From positions 1-54,084 of the forward strand of contig JAHJSA010000037.1 in the NCBI GenBank assembly GCA_018830645.1: a DNA stretch of 54,084 nt. The letters are read 5' to 3'. Every line of letters begins with the position of its first letter. The first letter of the stretch is position 1. A program made the translations under genes and the position numbers. The notes below the pieces were generated by a model, which made no database searches, was not told the DNA's origin, and was given only the letters and a program-made list of their open reading frames with translations. This DNA comes from Actinomycetota bacterium (GTDB lineage: Bacteria; Actinomycetota; Thermoleophilia; RBG-16-64-13). Positions 36,594 through 46,291 of this stretch are shown here, one piece after another.

Positions 36594-37901
36594 ATGGATC
36601 CCAAAATGACGCGTCGGGGCGCAGCGCTGCTTCTGCTGCTCTTTCTAATCCTCGTCTTTGGATCCGGAACCACCTCCCACCTCGGGTTCGACGTAGCCTC
36701 CGCTGGCGCCTCCACCACGACGACCGTGGCGGCTGTCAGCGGGGAGGCCGCGGCTCCGCCTCAGTATGTCCAGGTCTCGTCCGATGTGCTGCCCGCCGTG
36801 GGAGGCGAGGTCGCCCCGGCCGCTCGGCCGGCTCCACCGGTTCCCCGGGGTGCGGCGGCGATCCTCGTGAACCTGGACGACGGCCGAGTCCTCTACGAGA
36901 TGGCTGCGGACGAGCGTCGCTCCATCGCCTCCACCACCAAGATCATGACCGCCATCCTCGCTATCGAGTTGCTGCCTCCCGACCTGGTGATCAAGACCAC
37001 GAACAGAGCGGCCGCGGCCGGGGAGTCGGAGATCTGGCTCGAACCGGGTGAGGAACTCACGGTAGAGCAGATGCTCTACGCGCTCATGGTGAAGAGCGCG
37101 AACGACGCTGCCGTCGCCCTCGCCGAGGCGGCGTCGGGCGATCTCGAGACCTTCGTGCAGGCGATGAACGCGAAGGCGGAGGAGCTTGGCTTGACCAACA
37201 CCCATTTCGCTAACCCCCACGGCCTCGAGGCGAAGGATCACTACTCGTCGGCGCGCGATCTTGCGGTCCTTTCGTGCTACGCGATGAAGAACGAGTTGTT
37301 CCGGAAGCTTGCGGCGACCCCCACGATCAAGATCCCGTGGCAGGGACGCGAGTACGACCGCGTGCTCGAGAACCGCAATGTGCTGGTGGGCGCCGTGCCG
37401 TTCATCACAGGCATCAAGACCGGCTACACGGGCAAAGCCGGGTTCTGTCTGGTGGGGTCCGGCGCTCGGGATGGGGTCTCACTGGTGAGCGTGATGCTGG
37501 GCGAGAAGGACAAGGGGTCCGTGAACGACGACACTGTGGCATTGCTCGAGTGGGGGTTCGGCCGGTATCGCCAGGTGGACTTGATCGACGAAGGGCTGCC
37601 GGTGGCCGAGATGGATGTGCCCTATCACCTTGGGGAGCGGTTGGTCGTCGCCACCGATCGGAAGCTGATGCGCACCCTGTACGACGAAGACGTGGTCACC
37701 AAGACGGTCGCCATCCAAGAGAAGCTGGTGCTGCCCGTGACGCAGGGGCAGGCCTTGGGAAAGGTCACGTTCGCTACGGCTGACGGGGTCATAGGCGAAG
37801 TCGATCTGATCGCCGCGCGGGCGATCGAAGCACCCACCCTCGGCGTGAAGCTGCGCTACGTGTGGGACCGGATGATCCGATGGCTGGGGAAGGTAGCGTG
37901 A
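36594..37901 (+). CDS. D-alanyl-D-alanine carboxypeptidase (S11, PBP5/DacC-like) with signal peptide
   Basis: SxxK (ASTTK), SxN (SANDAA) and KTG (KTGYT) active-site triad motifs, plus a C-terminal PBP5_C-like domain. Confidence 0.85.
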   Translation: MDPKMTRRGAALLLLLFLILVFGSGTTSHLGFDVASAGASTTTTVAAVSGEAAAPPQYVQVSSDVLPAVGGEVAPAARPAPPVPRGAAAILVNLDDGRVLYEMAADERRSIASTTKIMTAILAIELLPPDLVIKTTNRAAAAGESEIWLEPGEELTVEQMLYALMVKSANDAAVALAEAASGDLETFVQAMNAKAEELGLTNTHFANPHGLEAKDHYSSARDLAVLSCYAMKNELFRKLAATPTIKIPWQGREYDRVLENRNVLVGAVPFITGIKTGYTGKAGFCLVGSGARDGVSLVSVMLGEKDKGSVNDDTVALLEWGFGRYRQVDLIDEGLPVAEMDVPYHLGERLVVATDRKLMRTLYDEDVVTKTVAIQEKLVLPVTQGQALGKVTFATADGVIGEVDLIAARAIEAPTLGVKLRYVWDRMIRWLGKVA

Positions 37902-37908
37902 GAGCAGT

Positions 37909-38856
37909 ATGATCCTTACTGTTACGCTGAACGCGGCAGTGGACCGCACGCTCACGGTGCCGAACTTCGACGTGGGGTTCCGTCACCGGGCCAGCGGCAC
38001 CCTCACGCTTGCGGGTGGCAAGGGCATCAACGTAGCGAGGGTGGTGAAGACACTGGGGCAGCCGGTGATCGCCACAGGGTTCGCAGGCGGCCGCACCGGC
38101 GACCGCATCATCGCCGACCTCAACCGTGAGGGTATTCTCTCCGACTTCGTGCGTATCGAGGACGTGTCGCGTACCTCTACGGCCGTCCTCGACCCCACCT
38201 CGAACCGCACCACCGAGATCAACGAGTACGGGCCCGATATCTCCGCCGAAGAGCTGGAGTTGATGCTCGAGAAGTTGGACTACCTCGTCAAGGCGGCCGA
38301 TCTGGTCGTGCTGGCGGGCAGTCTCCCGCGCGGCCTGTCTTCCGGGTTCTACGCGGAACTCATCCCCCGTCTCAAGCAGACGTCGGTGCCCGTGCTGTTC
38401 GATACCTATGGCGAGGCCCTGCGGCTCGGCGTGCGTGCCGGACCCGACGTGGTCTTCCCGAACCAGGAAGAGGCCGAGATGGTGGTGGGGTACGAGTTCA
38501 CCTCCAACGAGGACTTCATCCGCGCGGCCGGCAACCTCCGCGAGTTGGGTGCCGTGTCTGTGGTGATCAAGTCGCGTTTGGGCTGCGTCGCCCAGGTAGA
38601 AGAGGGAGAGACCGTCCGTACCCTCATGGGCAAAGCGCCGCAGGTGGAGGCCGTTTCGACCGTAGGATCTGGTGATTCGATGGTGGGCGGGTACGCCGCA
38701 CGCCTGCTCGAAGGCGCTCCCCCCGAGGAGTGCATCCGATTCGGACTCGCCTGTGCAGCCGCCAATGCCTTGCGGCTTGGCGCCGGGGTGCTCGATCCCG
38801 AAGACGCCCGCCGTCTGGCTCCCGGCGTGGATGTAGAGGAGGTCACGCCGGTATGA
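37909..38856 (+). CDS. PfkB-family sugar kinase (1-phosphofructokinase / tagatose-6-P kinase subfamily)
   Basis: N-terminal GGKGINVA and the C-terminal GSGDSMVGG anion hole / DTxGAGD-type motif. Length 315 aa. Confidence 0.85.
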   Translation: MILTVTLNAAVDRTLTVPNFDVGFRHRASGTLTLAGGKGINVARVVKTLGQPVIATGFAGGRTGDRIIADLNREGILSDFVRIEDVSRTSTAVLDPTSNRTTEINEYGPDISAEELELMLEKLDYLVKAADLVVLAGSLPRGLSSGFYAELIPRLKQTSVPVLFDTYGEALRLGVRAGPDVVFPNQEEAEMVVGYEFTSNEDFIRAAGNLRELGAVSVVIKSRLGCVAQVEEGETVRTLMGKAPQVEAVSTVGSGDSMVGGYAARLLEGAPPEECIRFGLACAAANALRLGAGVLDPEDARRLAPGVDVEEVTPV

Positions 38857-40397
38857 CGTTCGATGAGACCCTGCGCAAGGTCCTGGTGCTCGATTTTGGG
38901 GGCCAGTACGCGCAGCTGATAGCCCGACGCATCCGGGAGTGCCGCGTGTACTCCGAGCTGGTGCCCTACGACACGCCCGTCGAGGTGTTGCGAGCCCTGG
39001 ACCCCGCGGGCATCGTGCTTTCCGGTGGACCGCGAAGCGTCAACGAAGCCGGAGCGCCCACGCTCGATCCGGCGGTGCTCGAGCTCGGGGTGCCGGTGCT
39101 GGGCATCTGCTACGGGCTGCAGTTGCTCACGAAGCTGAGCGGCGGCGTCGTGGCCCGCACCGACCGGGCGGAGTACGGCGGCATGGACATCGAGGTGGTG
39201 GCGGACAGCCCGCTGTTCCACGACCTACCCCGCGAGCAGCCCTCGTGGATGAGCCACGGCGACGCGGTGCTCGAGACACCGCCCGGGTTCACGCTCACCG
39301 CGCGCAGCAGGAGCCTCCCGGTGGCCGCGGTGGAGGACACGGCACGGCGGCTCTACGGCGTGCAGTTCCACCCCGAGGTGCGTCACACCCAGTACGGGCA
39401 GGACATCCTCAAGAACTTTCTCTATCGCATATGCGACATCGCGGCGGTCTGGACGCCTGTGTCCATCATCGAGGAGTCGGTGTCGCGGATCCAAGCGCAG
39501 GTGGGTGACGGGCGGGTGGTGTGCGGGCTCTCCGGCGGTGTGGATTCCGCGGTGGCCGCGCTCCTTGCATACAAGGCGGTGGGCGATCGACTCACCTGCA
39601 TCTTCGTCGACCATGGTCTGATGAGGAAAGGGGAGGGCGAGGAGGTGGAGAACGCTTTCGGGCGTCACTTCCACGTTCCCTTGATCCACGTACGTGCCCA
39701 GGAGCGGTTCCTCACCAAGCTCGCCGGCGTCGAGGACCCCGAGACCAAGCGCAAGATCATTGGCGAGGAGTTCATCCGCACGTTCGAAGAAGAGGCGCGC
39801 GGGTTGGACGGCGCACGTTTCCTGGTGCAGGGCACCCTCTACTCCGACGTCATCGAGTCGGGTACCCGCGACGCGGCCAAGATCAAGTCGCACCACAACG
39901 TGGGCGGTCTGCCCGAACACATGGACTTCGACCTCGTCGAGCCGCTTCGCATGCTCTTCAAAGACGAGGTGCGCGTGGTGGGTGAGGAGCTTGGTCTGCC
40001 CGACGCGATGGTGTGGCGGCAGCCCTTCCCGGGCCCCGGTCTGGCCATACGTATCATCGGCGACGTCACCGAGGAGCGTCTGCATATCCTCCGAGAAGCC
40101 GACGCCATCCTCCTCGAAGAAGTGCGGCGCGCCGGTCTGTACCGGGAACTGTGGCAGTCGTTCGCTGTGCTTCCCGCTATCCGCAGTGTTGGCGTCATGG
40201 GTGATGAGCGCACCTACGCGTACCCCATCGTGATCCGCGCGGTCACGTCCGAAGACGCGATGACCGCCGACTGGGCCAGGCTTCCCTACGACCTCCTCGA
40301 GCGCATCTCGAGCAGGGTGATCAACGAGGTGCCCGGCGTCAATCGCGTCGCCCTGGACGTATCAAGCAAACCCCCCTCCACCATCGAATGGGAGTAG
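38853..40397 (+). CDS. guaA: GMP synthase (glutamine-hydrolysing)
   Basis: GATase1 N-domain (GICYGLQ), ATP-PPase SGGVDS motif and a C-terminal dimerisation domain. ATGA overlap with the upstream pfkB-family gene; the ORF-track start at 38730 is an out-of-frame overlap artefact. Confidence 0.95.
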   Translation: MTFDETLRKVLVLDFGGQYAQLIARRIRECRVYSELVPYDTPVEVLRALDPAGIVLSGGPRSVNEAGAPTLDPAVLELGVPVLGICYGLQLLTKLSGGVVARTDRAEYGGMDIEVVADSPLFHDLPREQPSWMSHGDAVLETPPGFTLTARSRSLPVAAVEDTARRLYGVQFHPEVRHTQYGQDILKNFLYRICDIAAVWTPVSIIEESVSRIQAQVGDGRVVCGLSGGVDSAVAALLAYKAVGDRLTCIFVDHGLMRKGEGEEVENAFGRHFHVPLIHVRAQERFLTKLAGVEDPETKRKIIGEEFIRTFEEEARGLDGARFLVQGTLYSDVIESGTRDAAKIKSHHNVGGLPEHMDFDLVEPLRMLFKDEVRVVGEELGLPDAMVWRQPFPGPGLAIRIIGDVTEERLHILREADAILLEEVRRAGLYRELWQSFAVLPAIRSVGVMGDERTYAYPIVIRAVTSEDAMTADWARLPYDLLERISSRVINEVPGVNRVALDVSSKPPSTIEWE

Positions 40398-40405
40398 AAG
40401 ACCGT

Positions 40406-40903
40406 ATGCCCGAAGACGACCAGACGTCGTCCGCCGAGGAGCCTCAAGAGAGCCTCGACAACGATGCCATGACGCAGCCCGCCGAGGAGTCCCTGGCTTC
40501 GGACATGGGCGTGCCGCAGCGCGACGAGCCGCGGCGACGAAGCACGAACGATGAAGTCGAGCTCATCCACCGCCACGCGTTCCTGGCCGCGGCCACCGCC
40601 TCGGGCATGAAGGCCGAGGAGATCCGTATCCTCGACGTGCACGAGCTGGTGCCCTACACCGACTTCTTGGTGATCTGCAACGGCCGCAGCGTGCGGCAGA
40701 CCAGGCGTATCGCCGAGGAGATCGGCTTCAAGCTCAAGTCTGAGCTGGAACGTGTTCCGAAGCAGGTCGAAGGGCAGGCATCAGGAGAGTGGGTGCTGAT
40801 GGACTACCTCGACTTCATCGTGCACGTCTTCACACCGGAAGCCCGCGAGTTCTACCGGCTCGACGTCCTCTGGAAGGAAGCCCCGAGGGAAGTGCTCGAG
40901 TAG
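40406..40903 (+). CDS. rsfS: Ribosome silencing factor RsfS (Iojap), with an acidic N-terminal extension
   Basis: The Iojap core ILDVHELVPYTDFLVICNGRSVRQ...DYLDFIVHVF is conserved. The N-terminal 60 aa are D/E-rich. Confidence 0.85.
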   Translation: MPEDDQTSSAEEPQESLDNDAMTQPAEESLASDMGVPQRDEPRRRSTNDEVELIHRHAFLAAATASGMKAEEIRILDVHELVPYTDFLVICNGRSVRQTRRIAEEIGFKLKSELERVPKQVEGQASGEWVLMDYLDFIVHVFTPEAREFYRLDVLWKEAPREVLE

Positions 40904-40943
40904 AACCGACTCGGGTTGCCGTGGCTGCCGGGGCGCGAGCGCC

Positions 40944-40968
40944 GGGGGCGCCGGTGGGCGGGCGCCCC
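40944..40968. terminator. GC-rich hairpin (GGGGCGCC-ggtgggc-GGCGCCCC) between convergent rsfS and flotillin genes
   Basis: Perfect 8-bp stem in the 107-bp convergent spacer. No T-run, so it is a hairpin call only. Confidence 0.5.
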
Positions 40969-41010
40969 TCAACGGGCCCGGCGGGGGCGCCGGGGTTCCC
41001 TCTTCGTGGG

Positions 41011-42723
41011 TCAACGCTTCGGCGGCACGAGTGCTTTGACCCAGCCGCGCACGGTGGGATCGGTCGCGGCCAGCTGTACCAGTTGCTCCAGCCCTTCGGC
41101 GAGGGGCATCTCCATCACCTTCGCGTAGCGAGTGAGGATCTTACCGGTGACCGCCTCGGGTAGGAGGTTGGTCAGCTTCTCGTCGAGTCTCTCGCCGTCG
41201 GCTTGGAGGAGCACGTCGCGGAGGCCTGCCGCTAGGTCGCGTTCCTCCGTTGCGGGCTCCGGCAGGGGTGGAGCGGGGCTTGGGGCGGCGCTCGGATCGG
41301 CAGGTGTTCCGGGCTTCGGCCCGGCGGCGGCCTCCGCGGGCCGAGAGGGGGCGACCGGGCTGCGTGCAGCGTCGGCCCCGTCGTCCTCCCCGCCCCGGAA
41401 TCCCCCGGTCGAAGCGCTCATGTACTCCTTCACGAGTACGGGCAACATCCCGATGAACGACTTCAGGCCCTGGTCGCCTGTGAGCACCACGTGGTCGACT
41501 CCTTGGAACGCCTGGGCTCCGGCCCGTACGATCTCGGGCTGCACCTCGAGCATGCGCAGCTTGACCGAGGAGTCTGTCAGGGCGTTGATGGCTTCGGCCT
41601 CCTTCATCTGGCCCTCGGCGCGGGCCAGGGCCACCTCTCGCACCTGGGTGCCCTCGGCCCGGGCCTGAGCCTCCGCGGCTTCGGCGGCGGCCATCCCCTC
41701 GAGCTTGATTGCCTCGGCTTTCGCTTCGGCCATGCGGATCGCCTTGTCTCTCTCGGCCTCCGCGGTGATCCGGATGCGGTGAGCTTCGGCCTCGGCGGGC
41801 TTCTTCACCTCAGCCACCAGCTCTTCTTCGCGTTTGGTCGCCGTTAAGCGAGCCACGTGGGTCTCGGTCTCGACAACCTGCCGGCGCGCCTCGGCCTCAG
41901 CCAGGGGACCGGCTTGGCCGGCGCGCATGTCGGCGGCGCTGGTCTGCTGGAGGATCTCGGCGTTCAGCAGGTCGCTCTTCTGCCTGGCCTGAGCCCTCTC
42001 GCGGGCGGTGCGCTGGTTCTCTTGCTCGATGGCCAGGTCGGCGATGAAGCGGGCGGTCTCGGCCTCGCGGCGCACTTCTTGGACGCGGGGTACGCCCAGG
42101 TTCTGGATGTACTCCTGGTCGTCCGTGATCTCCTTGACGTTCATGACGTCGATGACCAGCCCCATCGAGCGGAGGTCCTCAGCCGCCACCGCCTGCACCT
42201 GCTTCGTGAACTCGGTGCGGTCCTCAATGATCCGCTCGACAGTCATCGTGCCGATGATGGCGCGCAGTGAGCCTTCCAGGATCTCGTTGATGCTCTGCAC
42301 CAAGGCCTTGTCGTCCCAGGAGAGGAAGCGGGTGGCCGCGGCGTTGATCTCCTCGATGGTGTTGCCGATGCGCACGTTGGCGGTCGCCCCGACGGTGATG
42401 GGAACCTTGTTGGAAGTCGGTACCGAGCGGACCGTCACCGGCAACTGCATAGCCTCCAGGGAAAGGCGGCTGGCCCGCTGCACCAGGGGCCAGATGAACG
42501 TGCCTCCCCCGGTCACGACCTTGAGGGCGCCTTCTCCCAGCCCGGCCGTCTCAGGATGTCCGATCTGCTTCTTGCGGGTGCCGCTGATGATCAAGGCCTC
42601 GTTGGGGCCAACGACCTTGTACCGGCTGCGCACCGCCAGAACGAAGAGCAGCAAGGCCGCCGCGATGAGCAACAGGATCACCAGGACTCCCGCCAGCCTT
42701 CCCAAGTCGAGCAAATCAGCCAT
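41011..42723 (-). CDS. Flotillin-like SPFH/Band-7 protein (YqiK/FloA-type) with a long Ala/Glu-rich coiled coil
   Basis: N-terminal TM, an SPFH domain (VVGPNEALIISG...), an extended EA-repeat coiled coil and a C-terminal flotillin tail. The start was chosen at the second ATG (MADLLDL...). Confidence 0.85.
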   Translation of the reverse strand: MADLLDLGRLAGVLVILLLIAAALLLFVLAVRSRYKVVGPNEALIISGTRKKQIGHPETAGLGEGALKVVTGGGTFIWPLVQRASRLSLEAMQLPVTVRSVPTSNKVPITVGATANVRIGNTIEEINAAATRFLSWDDKALVQSINEILEGSLRAIIGTMTVERIIEDRTEFTKQVQAVAAEDLRSMGLVIDVMNVKEITDDQEYIQNLGVPRVQEVRREAETARFIADLAIEQENQRTARERAQARQKSDLLNAEILQQTSAADMRAGQAGPLAEAEARRQVVETETHVARLTATKREEELVAEVKKPAEAEAHRIRITAEAERDKAIRMAEAKAEAIKLEGMAAAEAAEAQARAEGTQVREVALARAEGQMKEAEAINALTDSSVKLRMLEVQPEIVRAGAQAFQGVDHVVLTGDQGLKSFIGMLPVLVKEYMSASTGGFRGGEDDGADAARSPVAPSRPAEAAAGPKPGTPADPSAAPSPAPPLPEPATEERDLAAGLRDVLLQADGERLDEKLTNLLPEAVTGKILTRYAKVMEMPLAEGLEQLVQLAATDPTVRGWVKALVPPKR

Positions 42724-43176
42724 CGTCGCTCCTCTCGATACGTTCGACTTCGACATCGCGGGCCGAATCGGCCCGCACGACCCTCACTCGGTCACCCGCC
42801 GCGACACGGTCGCTCGTGTGCGCGAGGAGCTCCGCGCATACCCCTGAGCGCGCCCACGAAGGTGATGAACCCCAAACCTATACCCCAACCACCGACCACC
42901 CTGGAGACGCCCCCATGATCAAGGAGAGTGCTCCCCCAAGGCGAACAGTAGGACGCCCAGACCGATGGCCGGGAAGGTGCCCTCGCCGCCGAAGTCGAGG
43001 AAGTCGAAGAGGTCCCCGATCTCCCCGAACACCAGGGAGGCCAGTACCCAGATGAACGCTACCAGGGCGAGGACGAGGTAGAAGGCCAGAAACACTAGAA
43101 CGGTCATCTGGTCGGTGAGCGCTTCGAAGCGCGCCTCCTGGCCGAACAGCTCGAATACGAGACGGAGCAGGTCCAT
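42716..43176 (-). pseudogene. NfeD-like flotillin partner, apparently disrupted. An intact 85-aa TM module (42919..43176) is followed by a C-terminal OB-fold remnant in another frame, interrupted by a TAG.
   Basis: The TM ORF ends at 42919. Downstream, the minus-strand frame reads ...GASPGWSVVGV-stop(TAG at 42878-42880)-VWGSSPSWARSGVCAELLAHTSDRVAAGDRVRVVRADSARDVEVERIERSDDG-stop(42716-42718). The final 35 aa have the typical NfeD beta-barrel C-terminus signature. The stop overlaps the flotillin ATG by 8 nt, as in intact nfeD-flotillin operons. Confidence 0.5.
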
Positions 43177-43356
43177 AGGCCCCCTTGGCTGTGGCGTGAC
43201 CGGTCACGCCTTCGAGGTGTGCTAGACAATCCGCTCTCGGACGTGAGAAGTCAAGCCTTCCGGCATGCGGCGCCTCTTCGGGTGCCCGTCTTGTCCGGCC
43301 CGCCGCTCGGTTGCACGCCCCAGAGCGAGCCGGTATACTCCGTCTCCGTTCGACGT

Positions 43357-43432
43357 GGGGGTATAGCTCAGCTGGGAGAGCGCGACGCTGGCAGCGTTGA
43401 GGCCAGGGGTTCGAGTCCCCTTACCTCCACCA
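43357..43432 (+). tRNA. tRNA-Ala (anticodon GGC)
   Basis: Manual cloverleaf: acceptor GGGGGTA/TACCTCC with the G3:U70 wobble diagnostic of tRNA-Ala, D-stem GCTC/GAGC, anticodon stem CGACG/CGTTG with loop CTGGCAG, T-loop TTCGAGT, discriminator A and encoded CCA. Confidence 0.9.
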
Positions 43433-45149
43433 TAAGTCTCTTACTCAAACCATGAGCAAGAGAAAAGGCCCCTTGGCCACAGGTACGATGGTTTGAGACG
43501 TTTGATTTTGGAAAGAGCCCGCTCGATTGAGTGGGCTCTTTCGCGTTCAGGGGATTCTCCGAGTGCTCGCCGGGGTAGGCAGAACGTAGCTCCGGCCCGA
43601 GCAGCATGTCGAAAGGGGGCGCGAGTTCTGGAACCAAGGTGGTGTCGGAGTTGACGAGGATTCGCTTGAAGAAGGCCTGGTTGAACTGTTTCTTGATATG
43701 AGCAGGTGCCGTCTTGTACGCGAGGGCGCAATCCACGGTCAGATCGAGCGCGTCCTGGAGATTGCGGGCGACGACGTCGAACTGGACGTTACTGGCGTCG
43801 AGCTTGCCCGTTATCTCGAGAAGCCCTGTTGCGATCCGATCCTGCTCCCGTTTGAGCAACTCGATCGGAATGGCTCCCTCGTAGTGCGCATGCATGAGCT
43901 TCTCGCGCTGCCGCTCCAACTTCTCGCGCTGCCGCCGGAGATCGCTGAGTTCGACCTCTGAGTCTGCTCGGGCGGTCTTCAGCTCCTCGGTGAGCAAGGC
44001 CTCGACTTTGAGCCGGAAATCAGGATCGAGTGCAATCTGCGAGTAGTGCTCTTCGATGCGCACTTCTACCTCGTCGATGAGAACGGCTTTCTGAAGGCAG
44101 TCGTTACGTTTGCTGTGCCGACCCGAGCACATGAAGTATGGGTAGTAGGCACCGGAGCGGGACTTGGATATCTGCACGAGCAGCCTTGACCCGCAGGCCC
44201 CGCAGAAGACGGTACCCTTCAGGAAATGAGGATGGTCTCGGGTACGCTCTCCGTTGACGTGGGAGGCGAGGGTGTCTTGGACGGCCTGCCAGGTGCGCTC
44301 ATCGATGAGCGGCTCGTGTTTACCGGGGTGCAAGGCACCTTTGAACGGCACGCACCCCTTGTAGTAGGGGTTCAGGAGCAGCTTGTTCAGTTTGGGCGCG
44401 GTGATAGGCACGGACGGGATGCGCGGAGTGCCCAGGGTCGTTAGTCCACGGTCGGCCAGGTGTTCGGCCAGAGCGGCCACCGTCCACTCGCCGCTGGCGT
44501 AGAGCGAGAAAGCCAGACGAATGAGTGGTGCCCGCTCCTCGTCGATCGCAACGGTTCGCATCTCACGGCCTTCGCTGTCCGTCGTGCGGATGTTGCGATA
44601 ACCCAGCGGCGCTCGACTAACCGTGCCACCACCACGAACCTTCTGAGTCATTCCCTTGGTGACCTCGTTGGCGAGGTTCCGGGAGTAAAACTCGGCGATC
44701 GATGACATGATGCCGTGCAGCAGCATGCCGGACGGAGTCTGGTCGATGCTCTCGGTGGTGGAGACCAATCTGACACCGGCCTTGTCGAGAGCCTTATTGA
44801 TCTCCACGTCGTCAGCCCGATTGCGGGCCAGGCGGTCGACCTTATGAACGATGACGTAGTCGACCTGGTTCTCCGAGACGTAGTCGAGCATGCCCTGTAG
44901 CTCAGGACGGTTAGTGGTCTTGGCGGACGCGCCACGGTCGACGAACTCTTTGACGACGATCGCGCCCAGGGATGCGGCCTTACGTTTGTTGGCGTCGCGC
45001 TGTGCCGGAATAGAGAAGCCCTCGGCTTCGCCGCCCCGGTAGGCTTGTTCCCGCGTTGAAACGCGCAGGTAGGAGACGGCGACCTTGGGCGTCAGGCCCT
45101 CGGCCAGCATCTCCGCGAGCGGCGCAATTGCTGCTGTCGGTGGGTTCAT
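43368..45149 (-). CDS. Large serine recombinase (resolvase catalytic domain, recombinase domain, zinc ribbon, coiled coil)
   Basis: VAVSYLRVSTREQ catalytic Ser motif, a recombinase domain, a CGACGSRL...C zinc ribbon and a long coiled-coil region. The frame stays open into the tRNA-Ala gene. The start was chosen at ATG 45149 (GAGGAGAG Shine-Dalgarno). Upstream ORF-track residues look non-coding. Confidence 0.85.
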   Translation of the reverse strand: MNPPTAAIAPLAEMLAEGLTPKVAVSYLRVSTREQAYRGGEAEGFSIPAQRDANKRKAASLGAIVVKEFVDRGASAKTTNRPELQGMLDYVSENQVDYVIVHKVDRLARNRADDVEINKALDKAGVRLVSTTESIDQTPSGMLLHGIMSSIAEFYSRNLANEVTKGMTQKVRGGGTVSRAPLGYRNIRTTDSEGREMRTVAIDEERAPLIRLAFSLYASGEWTVAALAEHLADRGLTTLGTPRIPSVPITAPKLNKLLLNPYYKGCVPFKGALHPGKHEPLIDERTWQAVQDTLASHVNGERTRDHPHFLKGTVFCGACGSRLLVQISKSRSGAYYPYFMCSGRHSKRNDCLQKAVLIDEVEVRIEEHYSQIALDPDFRLKVEALLTEELKTARADSEVELSDLRRQREKLERQREKLMHAHYEGAIPIELLKREQDRIATGLLEITGKLDASNVQFDVVARNLQDALDLTVDCALAYKTAPAHIKKQFNQAFFKRILVNSDTTLVPELAPPFDMLLGPELRSAYPGEHSENPLNAKEPTQSSGLFPKSNVSNHRTCGQGAFSLAHGLSKRLMVEVRGLEPLASTLPASRSPS

Positions 45150-45267
45150 GGAAAGGCTCTCCTCGTTTACCTCCTCCATGGTGTACCTCTGTTCGCCGAA
45201 ATCATCAAGGACTTTCGAGGCGCCGCCCCCGTTGGGGATTTCTCCGGTCACGGCTGATGGGTCTTCT

Positions 45268-46131
45268 TCACTCGGCACGGTTGCTCTCCGCCTCTGCCCG
45301 CGCCGTAGTGACGAAGGGGGCTCCGCGCCGCAACAGCCCTTCAAGTTCGTCGAGCGTGATGACCGTGAACAACCGGGCGCTGATGGCATCGTGTCCGTCC
45401 AAGTGGGACACGAGAGTCTCCTTGCGGCGTCCGGTCGGCACGATCCAGACCACTGCCGGGAACAGGCCAAGTCGTCGCTGCTCGACGCCACTCTGCCGGT
45501 AAGCTTGATAGTTTTGGCAGGCTCTCACGACGCGCGATGGCGGTTCGGTCGCCAGGTCGACTTCGAAGAACCAGTGGTCTTCGAACTTCTCTGTTGCAGT
45601 GACAGCGGCCAGGTCCGGCTTGAGCCGCACGGTGCCGCCTCCTGGGCCGCTGTAGGGCCGCCAGCAGGCCGGTTCGTGCTGGACGCCCAGGAGGGTCACC
45701 TCACCCCTGTTGGCGATCTCACGCAACCGAAGGGAAACCTCGGCGACGGCCAGAGTGTGCTCGAGGAAGGTGGTTGACGGTTCACGTTGGCGCTGACGCC
45801 GAGGCAGTCCGTCTACGTCGTTCGCCCGCTGCAGCAGTCGGGCTCCGATATGTCCAAGACTCCAGACGTAAGATCCAGATCCGGCGCGCACACCGCCGAT
45901 CCTGCGCTCCAGTGCGACCAGCAGCCGCAGACTCCGAAGCTTGTAGAGTGCTCTGTTGGCCGAACGCAGGGCTGCGGTTTCAGTCGGCTTGTCGCCGAAA
46001 TGCAAGCGACAGATCTGCCGCGTAGTCAGGAATCGGTGTGTAGCTAATGAGACGAGGATCTGCAGATCACGATCGGCAAGGCTCGCTCGAATGTCCTCCA
46101 GCCTTCGGCGGCTGACTCGCTGCCCGCTCAT
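45268..46131 (-). CDS. Replication-relaxation (Replic_Relax) family protein, AICE RepSA-like
   Basis: The N-terminal wHTH-like LADRDLQILVSLATHRFLTTRQICRLHF and about 290 aa overall match the Replic_Relax proteins of actinomycete integrative elements. ATG at 46131 with a GGGAGGG Shine-Dalgarno. Confidence 0.65.
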   Translation of the reverse strand: MSGQRVSRRRLEDIRASLADRDLQILVSLATHRFLTTRQICRLHFGDKPTETAALRSANRALYKLRSLRLLVALERRIGGVRAGSGSYVWSLGHIGARLLQRANDVDGLPRRQRQREPSTTFLEHTLAVAEVSLRLREIANRGEVTLLGVQHEPACWRPYSGPGGGTVRLKPDLAAVTATEKFEDHWFFEVDLATEPPSRVVRACQNYQAYRQSGVEQRRLGLFPAVVWIVPTGRRKETLVSHLDGHDAISARLFTVITLDELEGLLRRGAPFVTTARAEAESNRAE

Positions 46132-46291
46132 GTCGCCGCCCTCCCGGGGGATGTAGAACTCCACCACTGAGGTGGGGGAGGAGTCTTATCCCTTACTGCG
46201 GCGTGCCGCGCCCGCTGCCCGCTCTTCTGGCCGATCCTGGTAATCGCGATACGTCGCTCGGCACGACACCTACCCCGCCAGAAAGGCGCGC

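Noticed and set aside
42878-43207. 109-aa minus-strand ORF overlapping the NfeD TM module in another frame
   Set aside because: R/P/G-rich noise, except its last about 12 codons, which belong to the disrupted NfeD OB-fold frame. It is not an independent gene.
45150-45491. Upstream 114 codons of the integrase ORF (MASSSDDLACSRQW...)
   Set aside because: Cys/Ser/Arg-rich with no similarity to serine recombinase N-termini. The catalytic VAVSYLRVST motif is reached about 25 aa after the ATG at 45149, which has a GAGGAG Shine-Dalgarno.
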